Positions 1 to 12,669 of a DNA stretch of 26,979 bases are shown one piece after another. Under the pieces are notes generated by a model that did not search any database, was not told the DNA's origin, and worked only from the letters and a program-made list of their open reading frames with translations. The stretch is from Octopus sinensis (lineage: Eukaryota), in contig NW_021835583.1 in NCBI RefSeq assembly GCF_006345805.1, forward strand, positions 1 through 26,979, in the 5' to 3' direction. Numbering within the stretch: position 1 is the first letter of the stretch; each line of letters starts with the position of its first letter. The position numbers were made by a program, and so were the translations under genes.

Positions 1-11
1 TATATCTATAT

Positions 12-222
12 AACTATGATTGTCACACGCTGCGAGAGGTCAATACCTCGAAACTCGAGTCCGTGTGTATCATAAGTTGAAGACGGGAAGGATGACTTCC
101 CTTTGCAAATACTGACAGGACACAGAAAGTGTGTTTATGGCCAGCTGGAGGAGTGTGTCCTCCTGGGGCTAAAAACTACAGTAGCATCCACCCTTAGGGG
201 TAGCCATATTGAGATGGCAATA
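12..222 (+). mobile_element. ~200-bp dispersed repeat with a 5' hammerhead motif and 3' microsatellite tail (Penelope-derived or retrozyme-like), copy 1
   Basis: Homologous to the reverse complement of 13108-13310. Shared blocks include ACGGACTCGAGTTTC, CAGCGTGTG, TAGCCCCAGG, CAGCTGGC and AGTATTTGC. Both copies end at GGCAA followed by a microsatellite. Confidence 0.65.
24..67 (+). ncRNA. Minimal type I hammerhead ribozyme, core one nucleotide short
   Basis: Stem I CACACG/CGTGTG; core CTGCGA (CTGANGA missing one base); stem II GAGGT-CAAT-ACCTC; GAAAC-TCGA-GTC with cleavage predicted after C61. Confidence 0.7.
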
Positions 223-257
223 TATACGTCACTATATATATATATATATATATATAG

Positions 258-290
<33 letters not shown>

Positions 291-404
291 TATTATATAT
301 ATGTATGTATTTATGTATGTATGTATGTATGTATGTATATGTATGATGTATATATATTTGTATATATGTATGTATGTATGTGTGTATGTATGTGCGTGTG
401 TGCG
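223..404. repeat. (TA)n/(TATG)n/(TG)n compound microsatellite
   Basis: Direct reading of the sequence. Confidence 0.95.
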
Positions 405-590
405 TTTGTGTGTCTGCGCCACCATCACTTGAGAACAGATATTGGTATGTTTTCGTCCCTGTAACTTAGCAGCTCGACAAAAGAGATCGAATAAGTACTA
501 GGCTTACAACGAATATGTCCTGGGATCGATTTGTTCGACTAAAGGCGGTGCTCCAGTATGCCTTACCTCAAATGGGTCAGAACAAGTAAA
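405..590 (+). mobile_element. 3' half of an octopus-type tRNA-derived SINE
   Basis: Matches the SINE tail at 24900-25068 (GTAACTTAGC...TACTAGGCTTACAA...CCTGGG..CGATTTG.TCGACTAAAGGCGGTGCTCCAG). Confidence 0.85.
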
Positions 591-1014
591 TGCTGGTCAA
601 CTCGGTACCGGTGTCGAAATTTAGCGCCACCCAGGCACGTGATTTCTCATCAGCCAAAGTCTGTCAGCTAAATAACTACTAACATTCTCCCCCATCATGC
701 CTGCGAAAGTTCGTTTGAAGTGACCAAGCACCGTACGAACAAACGAAATGAGTAAAATCATTTATAAATAAATATAAGGATGGTAATATTAAAATACCAT
801 CACAAATGGTAAGCGAATTATTAGCCGTACAGGCAAATTAATAAAATATATACATACAATATTAGATATGTACATATATACACAAGGGTAATGAATGTAT
901 ATATATATATAAGACTTGTTTTATTTATATTTCCTGAGCGCCATACAAATACAATTGTTCGTTGTTTTCACCTGCCTTCGTCTTTTGTTTATTTTCATAA
1001 AGCTTTCCGTTATA

Positions 1015-1057
<43 letters not shown>

Positions 1058-1458
1058 ATCTGGAATTATCCAATTTTTACTACTTTCTATATTTGTCTTT
1101 TCATCTTATACTGGACTGAATACTTGATGTGGTTTTAGAGTCAGATTTTGACTGCTATTTCAAGCATGGTGGTATCACTTAGATACCCTTATTTATAATT
1201 TTAATAATAATTATGACCTTTAAGGTTTCTTCTTCCCATGCTGTCACTTGATTTGATCGTTAATTAAAATAAAGATCTTATCCTTATTTATAAAGAAATA
1301 TATATATATGTCTACAACATGTGTGTGTGTTGTTGTTGTTAATTGCGGTACACGACTATCCCTATATAAATCCGATGATTGTGTAACGCATGAAAGCACG
1401 AGTTTTTTTCACATATTAAAATTTTAAAAATTGCAAATAATAAAATGTGAAAATCAGA

Positions 1459-2049
1459 CTTAGTTGGAATTTCATTGATTAATATGTGTGTGTGTTGTGT
1501 GTGTGTGTGTTTTGTGGGAGAGAGAGAGAGAGTTTTACTATTGACGTAATAGTATATACATCATCATAAAATGAGCAAAAAGGGTTGCAACGAAGGGTTC
1601 AATCGGTACATCGTCCAGGGTTCTAGAAAACCACAGATGGGTCTCTATTTTTCGGGTTACTCCCCAAAGCAAACTGAAACCCCCAGCACTTTACGAAATA
1701 TTTCCTTTAGAAACCCCTTGGTTACTGGCCCCAAAGCATTGTTGGAATGCTTAGTTGGAATGCTTAGTTGGAATTTCATTGATTGCTATATGTGTGAATG
1801 TGTGTGTGTGTGTGTGTGTGTTGAGGGAGAGAGAGAGAGAGAGAGAGTTTTACTATTGACGTAATAGTATATACATCATCATAAAATGAGCAACGAAGGA
1901 TTCAATCGGTACATCATCCAGGGTTCTAGAAAACCACAGATAGGTCTCTATTTTTCGGGTTACTCCCCAAAGCAAACTGAAACCCCCAGCACTTTACGAA
2001 ATATTTCCTTTAGAAACCCCTTGGTTACTGGCCCCCCAAAGCATTGTTG
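1459..2049. repeat. Two-copy tandem duplication, period 304 bp, within an unclassified repeat
   Basis: CTTAGTTGGAATTTCATTGATT starts at 1459 and 1763, and both copies run to AAAGCATTGTT. ORFs 1571 and 1886 share GFNRY.(I/V)QGSRKPQ.GLYFSGYSPKQTETPSTLRNISFRNPLVTGP. Confidence 0.9.
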
Positions 2050-2229
2050 TTCTACTTCTACAAATTTCTCTCGGAGTCCCTGCTGCTAGTTAATGAAGCA
2101 CTCGTCAACCTTGCAGTGCTGCCACACCCTACTGTTGTGTATAATTTGTGTTAGTTATTTTCTCATTATTTCGAAGAGCTTTAAGGTTCACTGTTTGGCC
2201 ACACTAAATGGATACGTGTTGTATCTCAA

Positions 2230-2293
2230 CAAAGATATAATTATATATATAATGTGTGTGTGTGAGTGTGTGTATGCGTGTGAGTGTGAGTGA

Positions 2294-2330
<37 letters not shown>

Positions 2331-3030
2331 ATATATATATATATATGTGCATGTATATATATTATTTATATAGATATGTATATATATGTATATATATGTG
2401 TGTGTGTGTATGTATTTATACATATATGTATATATGATATATATATATATATATATATGCATATAATATACATAGATACAAATATATATAAATGTATAGA
2501 TATATAGAGGACATATATGTATATCTATATACATATATATATGTATAAATATATATATATAATATATATATTATATATATATTATATATAATATATATAT
2601 GTATTATATATGCATATATATATACATATGTACGTATAATTTATATATATAAGCCTGAGTATATACATACATATATACTTGTATATTTATGTGTGTGCGT
2701 GCATATAGATACATTAGTAAATATGTCTATTGCACACACATACACACACACACGCACACACATGCACATACACATACTCACATCCAGAAACATACACATA
2801 CAAAGACCTTAAGCGCACACATACACACACAAATATTCTCACTCACATATAGGCACATACACCTATATATACAATTCACAAGCCTTCAACTACACGCAGA
2901 AACGCATGCACGCACATACACACGCGCATACACACAAACACATAGACACACATACACACACAAACATACATAGATCTGCACAAACTCACCTCAAAAATTT
3001 ACACACACACACACACACATATACACAAAT
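2230..3030. repeat. (TG)n/(TA)n/(CA)n low-complexity tract
   Basis: Direct reading of the sequence. Confidence 0.95.
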
Positions 3031-3304
3031 ACACTTTATAAAACCAGCAAACATGACAAATAAAAATGGCTGCTGGTGTTAAGAGAAAGCGATGCCAGCC
3101 ATAGAGGATGAACTTGGTAACTTCACACAAACAATCTTAACCGAGCCTATTTTTGGCACGATTTGAATTTCAGCCAACAATAATTCTTCTACCTGAACAT
3201 TTTGGCAGATTTGGTTCTCTCTAGTAATTGCTTTATTTGTTTTTCTTTCAATTTTCTCTTTCTTTTTCTTTATTTTTTTTTTTACTGATTGTTATTTTTT
3301 GTCG

Positions 3305-3370
3305 TTTTATTATTACCATTACCATTATTATTAGTATTATCATTATTATTATTATTAATTATTATCATAG

Positions 3371-3431
<61 letters not shown>

Positions 3432-3480
3432 TATCATCATCATCATTATCATGATCCTCTTCTTCCTCCTCTTCTTCCTC

Positions 3481-3518
<38 letters not shown>

Positions 3519-3751
3519 CATTATTATTATCATCATTATTATTATTATTATCATTATTGTTATTATCATTATTATTATCATGATCATCATTATCATCATC
3601 ATCATCATCATCATTGTTATTACTACTATTATTATTATTACTACTATTATTATTATTACTACTATTATTATTATTACTACTATTATTATTATTATTATTA
3701 TTATTATCATTATTATTATCATTATCATGATCATGATCATCATTATCATTA

Positions 3752-3804
<53 letters not shown>

Positions 3805-3860
3805 TTATATTATTATCATCATCATCATCATCATCATGGCCATGATGATCATCATCACCA

Positions 3861-3918
<58 letters not shown>
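3305..3918. repeat. (ATT)n/(ATC)n trinucleotide array
   Basis: Direct reading; source of the poly-I, poly-H and poly-Y ORFs. Confidence 0.95.
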
Positions 3919-3919
<1 letters not shown>

Positions 3920-4287
3920 GTTGGTTCTTTTTTTCTTTTGGTTTGTTTGTCGTATCATCTCATTTCTGAGCTAATATTCTTGGATTAAAACTTTTATTTT
4001 CTTGAACTTTAACCAAAAAAAAATTTTCAAGATGAGAATAAAAACCATTAGTGAATTTTTTTTGTATCTTTTGTTACTTATAGTATTTTGGTTGTCATTT
4101 AAAAAAACAAAAAAAAGTTTCGTTTTTTTTTTTTCCTTCTTCCTCCCAGCGCGATGATAATAATACGAGGTTTAACAACTTTTGTTTTTTGCCTGATATA
4201 TATAAAAAATAATAAAAATAACAAACCAAAACTATTCTAGTTAATTTTCTTTCCTGGTTTTCTTTCGTGGGTTGTTCTTGTGCTTTT

Positions 4288-4333
4288 TCTACTACTACTA
4301 CTACTACAACTACTACTACTACTATTACTACTA

Positions 4334-4369
<36 letters not shown>

Positions 4370-4436
4370 TGCTGCTGCTGCTGCCGCCACCACCACCACC
4401 GCCATCACCACCAGCACCACCATCACCACCACCACA

Positions 4437-4470
<34 letters not shown>

Positions 4471-4535
4471 TTTATGATAATAATAATAATACTGCTACCA
4501 CCACCACCACTGCCACCACCACCACCACTACTACT

Positions 4536-4571
<36 letters not shown>

Positions 4572-4589
4572 GCTACTACCACCACCACC

Positions 4590-4668
<79 letters not shown>

Positions 4669-4671
4669 ATT

Positions 4672-4749
<78 letters not shown>

Positions 4750-4750
4750 T
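4288..4750. repeat. (CTA)n/(CTG)n/(CCA)n/(AAT)n compound trinucleotide array
   Basis: Direct reading of the sequence. Confidence 0.95.
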
Positions 4751-4799
4751 AGTAAAGGCTTGCAACACAGGCAAAGGGTCATGAGAAGACGGAGGTCAC

Positions 4800-4915
4800 A
4801 TCAATTGCCCCATTCTTGAATCCTAATTTATTTCATAAAATCTATAAACCCCGGGAGGCTGAAAGGTAAGATATTCTTCGACTGGGCTTGAACTCAGAAC
4901 GTAAAGGGAACTAAG
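4800..4915 (-). mobile_element. Degenerate SINE fragment
   Basis: GGGCTTGAACTCAGAACGTAAAG is the reverse complement of the TTACGTTCGGAGTTCAAATTCCGCC...TTTGCCTTTCATCC block of the SINE at 6003-6212. Confidence 0.6.
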
Positions 4916-5231
4916 TACTGTAAAAAAATTAAAATCATTATGTTCTGAAATCTATCGTTTTAGCCAGTCCTGGTACTTTAAGTGTTTGTAGGTAGGTGGT
5001 CGTTTAATCTGCTAGAGGCAGTAGTCAAACCGCCCTCAAATCACAAATTTTTCATCATTAACACGTGAAGGTTGGTCACTCTGTGATTGAGTTGAATCTT
5101 TGACTTACAAAAGAAAGATGGAATGGTCACGACTGGAACGCCTTTGTTCATTATTCTATTCTATTAGATCTCGTTGAGGATTGAGCAATGATTACAACTG
5201 CACCGACAACTGCAACAAGAGCAACAACATC

Positions 5232-5249
5232 ACTTACTACTACTACTAA

Positions 5250-5281
<32 letters not shown>

Positions 5282-5514
5282 ACTACTACTATTACTCCAC
5301 CTCCTCCTCCTTGTACAACAACAACTACTACTACTGCTATCACCTCAACCACCAGCACCAGCACATCCAGCAACAGCAGTACACCACCACCACCACCACC
5401 ACTACTACTACTAATAATAATAATAATAATACTGCTGCTACCACCACCACCATTACTACTAATACTAATACTACTACAACTACTAATACTACTGCTGCTA
5501 CCACCACCACCACC

Positions 5515-5558
<44 letters not shown>

Positions 5559-5572
5559 CTGCAGCATTAAGT
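5232..5572. repeat. (CTA)n/(CTG)n/(CCA)n compound trinucleotide array
   Basis: Direct reading of the sequence. Confidence 0.95.
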
Positions 5573-5746
5573 AATAATGACAAAAAAGCATAGTAATAAA
5601 AGAAAAAAATAATAACTTATAAAAGAAATGCTTAAAGAAAGCTGATGCTTGCAGAATCTTTTATATTTTTTTATTATTTTTTTAATTTTATTTTATTTAT
5701 GTTATTTATTTTTGTCTTATTCGGAAACCATTTTGTGTTCTGACAG

Positions 5747-5860
5747 GAAGTCTAATGAAAGAACATCAGGTTGTGAACACAAGATGGTGTATCCTTTTGC
5801 TTGGCAAAGTGGAGGACATCTTTGTGTTAAACGCAGACGGCCAGCTTTCACTTTCTGCCG
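5747..5860 (+). other. Candidate exon (114 nt)
   Basis: Acceptor TTTTGTGTTCTGACAG|G and donor CCG|GTAAAA; two frames are open. The donor overlaps the head of a SINE, so it may be spurious. Confidence 0.25.
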
Positions 5861-5980
5861 GTAAAAAAGCTTGCTTTCCAACCGCATGGTTCCGAGTTCA
5901 GTCTGAGCGGCACCTTGGGCAAGTGTCTTCTACTTCTACTATTGCTTTGGGCCAACCAATATATATATAATATATATAAA
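5861..5980 (+). mobile_element. 5' (tRNA-derived) part of an octopus-type SINE
   Basis: AGCTTGCTTTCCAACCGCATGGTTCCGAGTTCAG...GGCACCTTGGGCAAGTGTCTTCTAC; same family as 24613-24775. Confidence 0.85.
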
Positions 5981-6002
5981 GGGCCAACCAATATATATAT
6001 AA

Positions 6003-6212
6003 AGGCGGCGAGCTGGCAGAAACGTTAGCACGCCGGGCGAAATGCGTTGCCGTATTTCGTCTGCCGTTACGTTCGGAGTTCAAATTCCGCCGAGGTCGAC
6101 TTTGCCTTTCATCCTTCCGGGGTCGATAAATTAAGTACTTAATCGACTTAATCCCTTTGTCTGTCCTTGTTTGTCCTCTCTGTGTCTAGCCCCTTGTGAG
6201 TAGTAAAGAAAA
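6003..6212 (+). mobile_element. tRNA-derived SINE, second family
   Basis: GGCGGCGAGCTGGCAGAAACGTTAGCACGCCGGGCGAAATGC head; B-box-like GAGTTCAAATTCC; GTCGACTTTGCCTTTCATCC body. Confidence 0.85.
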
Positions 6213-6270
6213 ATATATATAATGTGTCTTGGATGGCACACCAATGCACTATAATAACAACAATGGACTA

Positions 6271-6676
6271 TTTCATTTCATCTAGTTTCAGCTCACGAGC
6301 TGTGGCCATGCTGGGGTACCGCTATTCGGTGTTGCTACATGATTTTACTTCACGAGTATTTTTTAGCAATTGAAATTTGGTGCATGAGAGAGTTCGATGC
6401 AGCTGCCCTCATCTGCACCTCCTGCCGTGAAGTTGGTTCATCTGGGACACCTGACAGGAAGAGGTCCAGCTTTATTTTAAAGACATCTGCACCCACCCCA
6501 TGCAGGTCTCTCAGGTCCTTCTGGAGGATATTGAAGAGCTGTGGACCTCTGAAGCCCAGGCTATCGCAGTATCTTCTCCTACATCTTGATGGCAAATTTG
6601 GAGTCCTTGGCACTATGTAGTGGCGCACAGTTCTAGTATTTGTGTAATTCTCGATGCCAAAGTTTGGGACAAGTCC
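6271..6676 (-). mobile_element. 3' end of a CR1-like LINE (ORF2 C-terminus plus 3' tail), 5'-truncated
   Basis: Minus ORF 6350-6628 reads SLGFRGPQLFNILQKDLRDLHGVGADVFKIKLDLFLSGVPDEP, the typical CR1-group C-terminus (L.N.LP...FK..LD.FL), followed by a stem-loop tail and (GAAAT)n. Confidence 0.85.
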
Positions 6677-6829
6677 TATACATAAATGTTATAATTAATC
6701 ATTCATATCAGACTATGGATGATTAAATTATAGCAGTTATTAGAGTCCATTGCTGTTACTATAGTGCATTGTTGTGCCATTCAAGACGTATATTTTACAA
6801 CCAATACACAATGCTTCAAACGAACAACA

Positions 6830-6912
6830 AATATCCTCCTAGAGGCTATGACGAAAGACCGAGATCTCTGGAGATATGCTGTGACGGCGAAGACCCGACA
6901 AATGCGCAGATG
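6830..6912 (+). mobile_element. Extreme 3' end of an RTE-type LINE
   Basis: Translates as EAMTKDRDLWRYAVTAKTRQMR, resembling the DR..WR C-terminal motif of RTE elements. Confidence 0.55.
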
Positions 6913-6916
6913 CAGA

Positions 6917-7570
6917 TGGTAAACGTTTTTAATTTACATTCCTTTCGAAAATTTATCCTTATTTGGTGGTTTTGAGTTTTCTACTGCTCTTTCTAGCACA
7001 GGCTTTCCTATTTAGAAGCCTCTTATTGTATTTCTATGTGAATAATATATAGTATAATGACTAATTCGTTTTTGTGCTAGGCCACTGGTAATAATAATTT
7101 CTTATTACCCTATTGTTATTATGTTTAAATATTCTCTGATAAATTCGTTCGAAATTTTTACTGGCATCCACTCTGTCGCCAGGTATAATCTGCGTCTGCG
7201 CAATGGTCTGAAAAGTTAGAATATACAACCAGTTAGTTTTACATGTGGATCTGGCTGTGTTGTGTATTTGAAATCGAAAGGCTGTCCCACTGATGAAACT
7301 GGCCTTCAGCAAATATTTTTTTTTGCTGGAAATAGTTAGTAACCATGATCTGAGAAATAATCGAGGTGGTAAACGGTTTTAATTTTCATTCCTTTCGAAA
7401 ATTTATCCTTATTTAGTGGTTTTGTGTTTTCTACTGCTCTTTCTAGCACAAGGCTTTCCTATTTGGAAGCCTCTTATTGTATTTCTATGTGAATAATATA
7501 TAGTCTAATGACTAATTCGTTTTTGTGCTAGGCCACTGGTAATAATAATTTCTTATTACCCTATTGTTAT
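6917..7570. repeat. ~200-bp direct repeat (6917-7119 and 7367-7570) with a ~250-bp unique spacer
   Basis: The two copies match almost base for base from TGGTAAACG to CTATTGTTAT. Confidence 0.9.
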
Positions 7571-7577
7571 ATATATA

Positions 7578-7625
<48 letters not shown>

Positions 7626-7814
7626 ATGTATTTATTATGTATTAATTTACGTATGTATGTATTAGTACGAACACTTCCTACTAAATTAGAATTCTACACA
7701 TTCTTGGCATCTGCAATTTTCCGACAAACAACTGTTTTTTTTCCTGCTCATTTAGTGTCTTTCTCTTAGGAGTATGGGTGTTTGTGTTTGAGGGCTTGTG
7801 TAGCCGGGCGTCTG

Positions 7815-8602
<788 letters not shown>

Positions 8603-8605
<3 letters not shown>

Positions 8606-9690
8606 GAGGGGCGTTCAATAAGTATGCCCCTGACCCACTTCCCATACCAGTAGAGCAATGGAACTTGGCACAGTTATGGGTCTTTTCCTACATAGGAACC
8701 ACTCAGAGTTACGCATTTCTCCCATCATTTGATCCAGCTCTGGAGACCGTTTTTGTAAAAGACCCCAGCTTGGTCCTCCATCATCTGGGAAACGCTTTCC
8801 TTTCAAAAACAACTTCATGGCTGGGAAGAGGTAAAAATCAGAGGGTGCAAGGTCAGGAGAGTAGGGGTGGGGGGAGTTCATAGCCGCACGCCTGTGCTTC
8901 TGATCTGGTGACACGCGAGTTGTGGACCGGAGCGTTGTCCTGCAAGAGGAGAATGCCTTTGCTGATCTTGCCCCGCCACTTGGTTTTGATAGCTTCTCTT
9001 AATTTCCTCAAAAGTGAAGCATGATAGGCTCTTGTAATTGTGGTATCCTTTGCCAGGAAATCTGTCATCACTACTCCGTCCTGGTCCCAGAAGACTGTGA
9101 GCATGAACCTGCCAGCAGAGGCTGCACCCTTGCCTTCTTGGAGGAGGTGAGTCACGGTGCTTCCACTGCATTGACTGGGCTTTGGTCTCTGGGATCATAG
9201 TGATGGACCCAGTTTCATCCTGTGTAATCAGTCTTTTGAAAAAGTTTGACTCATCTTCTTGGTACGTCTCCAAATTCATCTCGAGCACTCGACGCGTTCT
9301 TGCTTCTGAAAGGGTCGTGAGCAACCTGGGAATCCATCTGGCAGACACCTTTTGCATATGCAAATGGTTATGATGATAGTTTCCACTGACCCGGTATTAA
9401 TCTTGACCTCATGGGCTATTTGGCGAATAGTTATGCGTCGATCTTCCAAAATGGCAGCCTCAACTTGACGGACAGATGCTCATCAATGGCAGAAGGGGGT
9501 CGACCAGATTCTGGAAGTTTTCAACAGAGTTCCGACCATGTTTGAATTCATGATGCCAGCGTTTTACAAGGTCATATGATGGGGCATCATCCATAAGTAC
9601 TTTCATTTCATCAAAAGTCTCCCGTGGTGTGCGTCCTTTCAAATACAAAAACCGGATCACTGCTCGACACTCAACAAATCCTTGAACATT
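8603..9690 (-). mobile_element. Mariner (DD34D) DNA transposon relic, frameshifted; one TIR retained
   Basis: Pieced-together minus frames give ECRAVIRFLYLKG...SYDLVKRWHHEFKHGR, KVSARWIPRLLT, ITQDET, MLTVFWDQDGVV, LLLQDNAPVH and YSPDLAPSDFYLFPAMK. TA+CGAGGGGCGTTCAATAAG TIR at 8603 lies within (TA)n. The opposite TIR was not found. Confidence 0.92.
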
Positions 9691-9845
9691 TTGCATACTT
9701 TAACAGTGCCTTTGATAAGTTATATAGGTAATCTCTTGATTAGACATGTTTATTTTTATTTTTCTGGTTTTGTGAAGCCCCCTTCTCATGATTAATATTT
9801 AAGCAGTTGGGCACGTAGCCAAGCCCGCCGGTAATTACAGGTAGA

Positions 9846-9901
9846 CATCTAAAGCTATTGTCCAGATGAAAGAACAGCAAATTCCTCATCAGTTTAACAT
9901 G
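9846..9901 (-). ncRNA. Decayed hammerhead-like relic
   Basis: Minus strand CATGTTAAA-CTGATGA-GGA...TCT-GGAC-AATA-GC-TTTAGATG. The core and stem I are present, but GAAA and the GUH triplet are degraded. Confidence 0.3.
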
Positions 9902-9914
9902 AGTGTTTTCTTTT

Positions 9915-10050
9915 TTAACTAATCTTTAACATTATGTTGACATCTGTTTGGGCAACTGATTTGAAATACTGCGCATATTTTTTTCTGTTTGTCCCTGATT
10001 ATTATGTCTGGCATGTTATGCACGAATTCTATTGAAGTTTCATCTTCATG
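9915..10050 (-). mobile_element. Fragment of an RLE-type (R4/Dong-like) LINE endonuclease region
   Basis: HNMPDIIIRDKQKKICAVFQISCP resembles NRPDVILKDFRQRTCLLIDMT at 21650-21770. Confidence 0.6.
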
Positions 10051-10079
10051 TAAGCATAAATGTATTTTTGCATATATAA

Positions 10080-10226
10080 ATGCAAGTCTGTGTGTATACA
10101 TGTATGTATGCATGTATGTTTATATGTATGTATGTATGTATGTATATGTATGGCTGTCCGAATGTATGTATACATATAAATAGGTAGATATATATGTACA
10201 GATATATGTGTGCGCATATATATGTG

Positions 10227-10273
<47 letters not shown>

Positions 10274-10593
10274 ATAAATATATATATATACATATACACA
10301 TATATGCAAACATAGGCATATTAAAACATATCTAAGCGTACGTATACGTATATATATGTGTGTATATATATATATATATACATACATATATATATTTATA
10401 TATATACGTATGTATATGCATATATATATAGAGAGATAGATATATGAATATACATGTATATATATATGTGTGTATATATATATGTGTGTATATGCATATA
10501 CATATTTATATATACACATGCATACATACATAACACCACACAAACACACACACACAGACATAGACACATACACACACACACACACACATACAC

Positions 10594-10631
<38 letters not shown>

Positions 10632-10650
10632 ATTATACATATACACAGAC
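10080..10650. repeat. (TA)n/(TATG)n/(CA)n tract
   Basis: Direct reading of the sequence. Confidence 0.95.
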
Positions 10651-10847
10651 CTTCAAAATTGAAATACCTTCAACAGATTTACAAAGCAACAATTAAAACA
10701 AAACCCCACTTCCCTTCCACTCCCCCCAATCTCTACAATGCAACATTGTTTTGCCATTTCTACTTTGAATTCAGTTGTTTACAATTTTTTACAATCCTTT
10801 CTGTACTTCTTTCATTTTTACATGTGTTGATATATTTCATGTTGCTA

Positions 10848-10891
<44 letters not shown>

Positions 10892-11219
10892 TATTATTAT
10901 TATTATTTATCATTATATTATTATTATATTATATATTATTATTATTATTATTATTAATTATTATTTATTATTCTATTATTATCATATATTATTATTATTA
11001 TTATTATTCTTATTACTCATTATTATTATTATTATTTAATTATTATAATTATTATTATTATTATCATATTATATTATTATTATAATTATTATTATTATTA
11101 TTTTTATATATTCTTATTATATTATATTATAGTATCATTTACTATTATTATTTATTATTATTATTAATTACTACTATTACTATTACTATATTATTATATG
11201 ATTATTGTTATTGTTATTG

Positions 11220-11250
<31 letters not shown>

Positions 11251-11252
11251 CT
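10848..11252. repeat. (ATT)n array
   Basis: Direct reading of the sequence. Confidence 0.95.
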
Positions 11253-11568
11253 TTATGCATTCTCCGTTGTGTTTTTAATTAATAGAGGACATAGTTTTGA
11301 GAATGAAAGAATGCCTTGAGCTTAGAGAACATGGCGTGTTCGTTCACTTGATGTATGATGTTGTTGCTGTTGTTGTTGTTGTTGTTTGGGTGGTGGTGGT
11401 GGTGGTGGTGGTTGTGTTTGTTGGTGCTGTTTCTGTGTATATGTATGTATATGTATTAATGCGTGTTTATTTGTATATTCTAAACTGCCAGTGCATGTCT
11501 GTGTATATAGTATACATGTATATATAGGTATATATAAATATATATCATATATCACATATATTATATAT

Positions 11569-11614
<46 letters not shown>

Positions 11615-11758
11615 TACATATATATATATAACATATATATATGTATATATATATATGTTATATACATGCATACATGTGTGTCTTTATACAAACGGTTTTA
11701 TTTGATATGTAATATGAATGTATATATAGAATATATATATATCTTTATATATATAGTG

Positions 11759-11800
<42 letters not shown>

Positions 11801-12211
11801 GTGTATGCATGTGTATATACGTTTATAGTATGTCAGGAATCGTTTGCAAACAAAAATTTATATCCGTAACGCTTACTTACACATATTCATAAATACCTAC
11901 ATATGTACATATTTACATATACACATATTCATACACATACACACACACATGAAAGGAATAATGTATATATGAATACCTTGTATGTGTATAGGTACGCATG
12001 CGTGTGTACACATGGAAGAATTTGCATATTTCTCTATAACTGTAAACACGCAGATGCGGTCACGCATACTTGAACGTAGTAAGGCTATTGACACCTTCGT
12101 GCTTCTGTGCATAGAAAGACACACACACATGTATACTTATGCACTCAGCATATATGTATGCAATCAAATATGTATATAGCTATATTTATCTTTCTATCTA
12201 TCTATCTATCT

Positions 12212-12473
12212 ACACATTGCTGGTCACAATGCACTTCGCATTTTTTTAGCCTTCAAATGACACCACCCCGCTGGCTAAGCGAGCAGGCCAACAGAAGAAA
12301 GAGCGAGAGAAAGTTGTGGCGAAAGAGTAGAGCAGGGTTCACCACCACCACACTGCCGGAGCCTTGCGAAGCTTTAGGTGTTTTCGCTCAATAAACACTC
12401 ACGACGCCCGGTCTGGGAATCGAAACCGCGATCCTACGACCGCGAGTCCGCTGCCCTAACCACCATTGCGCCT

Positions 12474-12476
<3 letters not shown>
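12212..12476 (-). mobile_element. tRNA(Arg)-like SINE (OR-type), third family
   Basis: The reverse complement begins TGGAGGCGCAATGG..GTTAGGGCAGCGGACTCGCGGTCGTAGGATCGCGGTTTCGATTCCCAGAC, with the same head and AGCGAAAACACCTAAAGC body as 19662-19990 but a different tail. Confidence 0.88.
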
Positions 12477-12527
<51 letters not shown>

Positions 12528-12669
12528 GTATATATATATGTGTATATAGATATATGTGTATATATATATACCCACATATGTATATATATATATATATGTT
12601 ATTTAGAGATAGTAGTCACCTTCATCACACCATATTAAATAGTTTTAATTTAATACTTACTACTCAATT

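Noticed and set aside
630-665. Minus-strand CTGATGA-GAAA
   Set aside because: No stem II and no cleavable triplet with a matching stem I.
7130-7330. GIY-YIG-like peptide (FTCGSGCVVYL, or TCKTNWLYIL on the minus strand)
   Set aside because: Equally vague resemblance on both strands and no YIG motif; not supportable.
7285-7360. CTGATGA...CAGCAAA/TTTGCTG-GAAA as a hammerhead
   Set aside because: 10-nt unpaired gap before stem II, no valid stem III or NUH, and a poor stem I.
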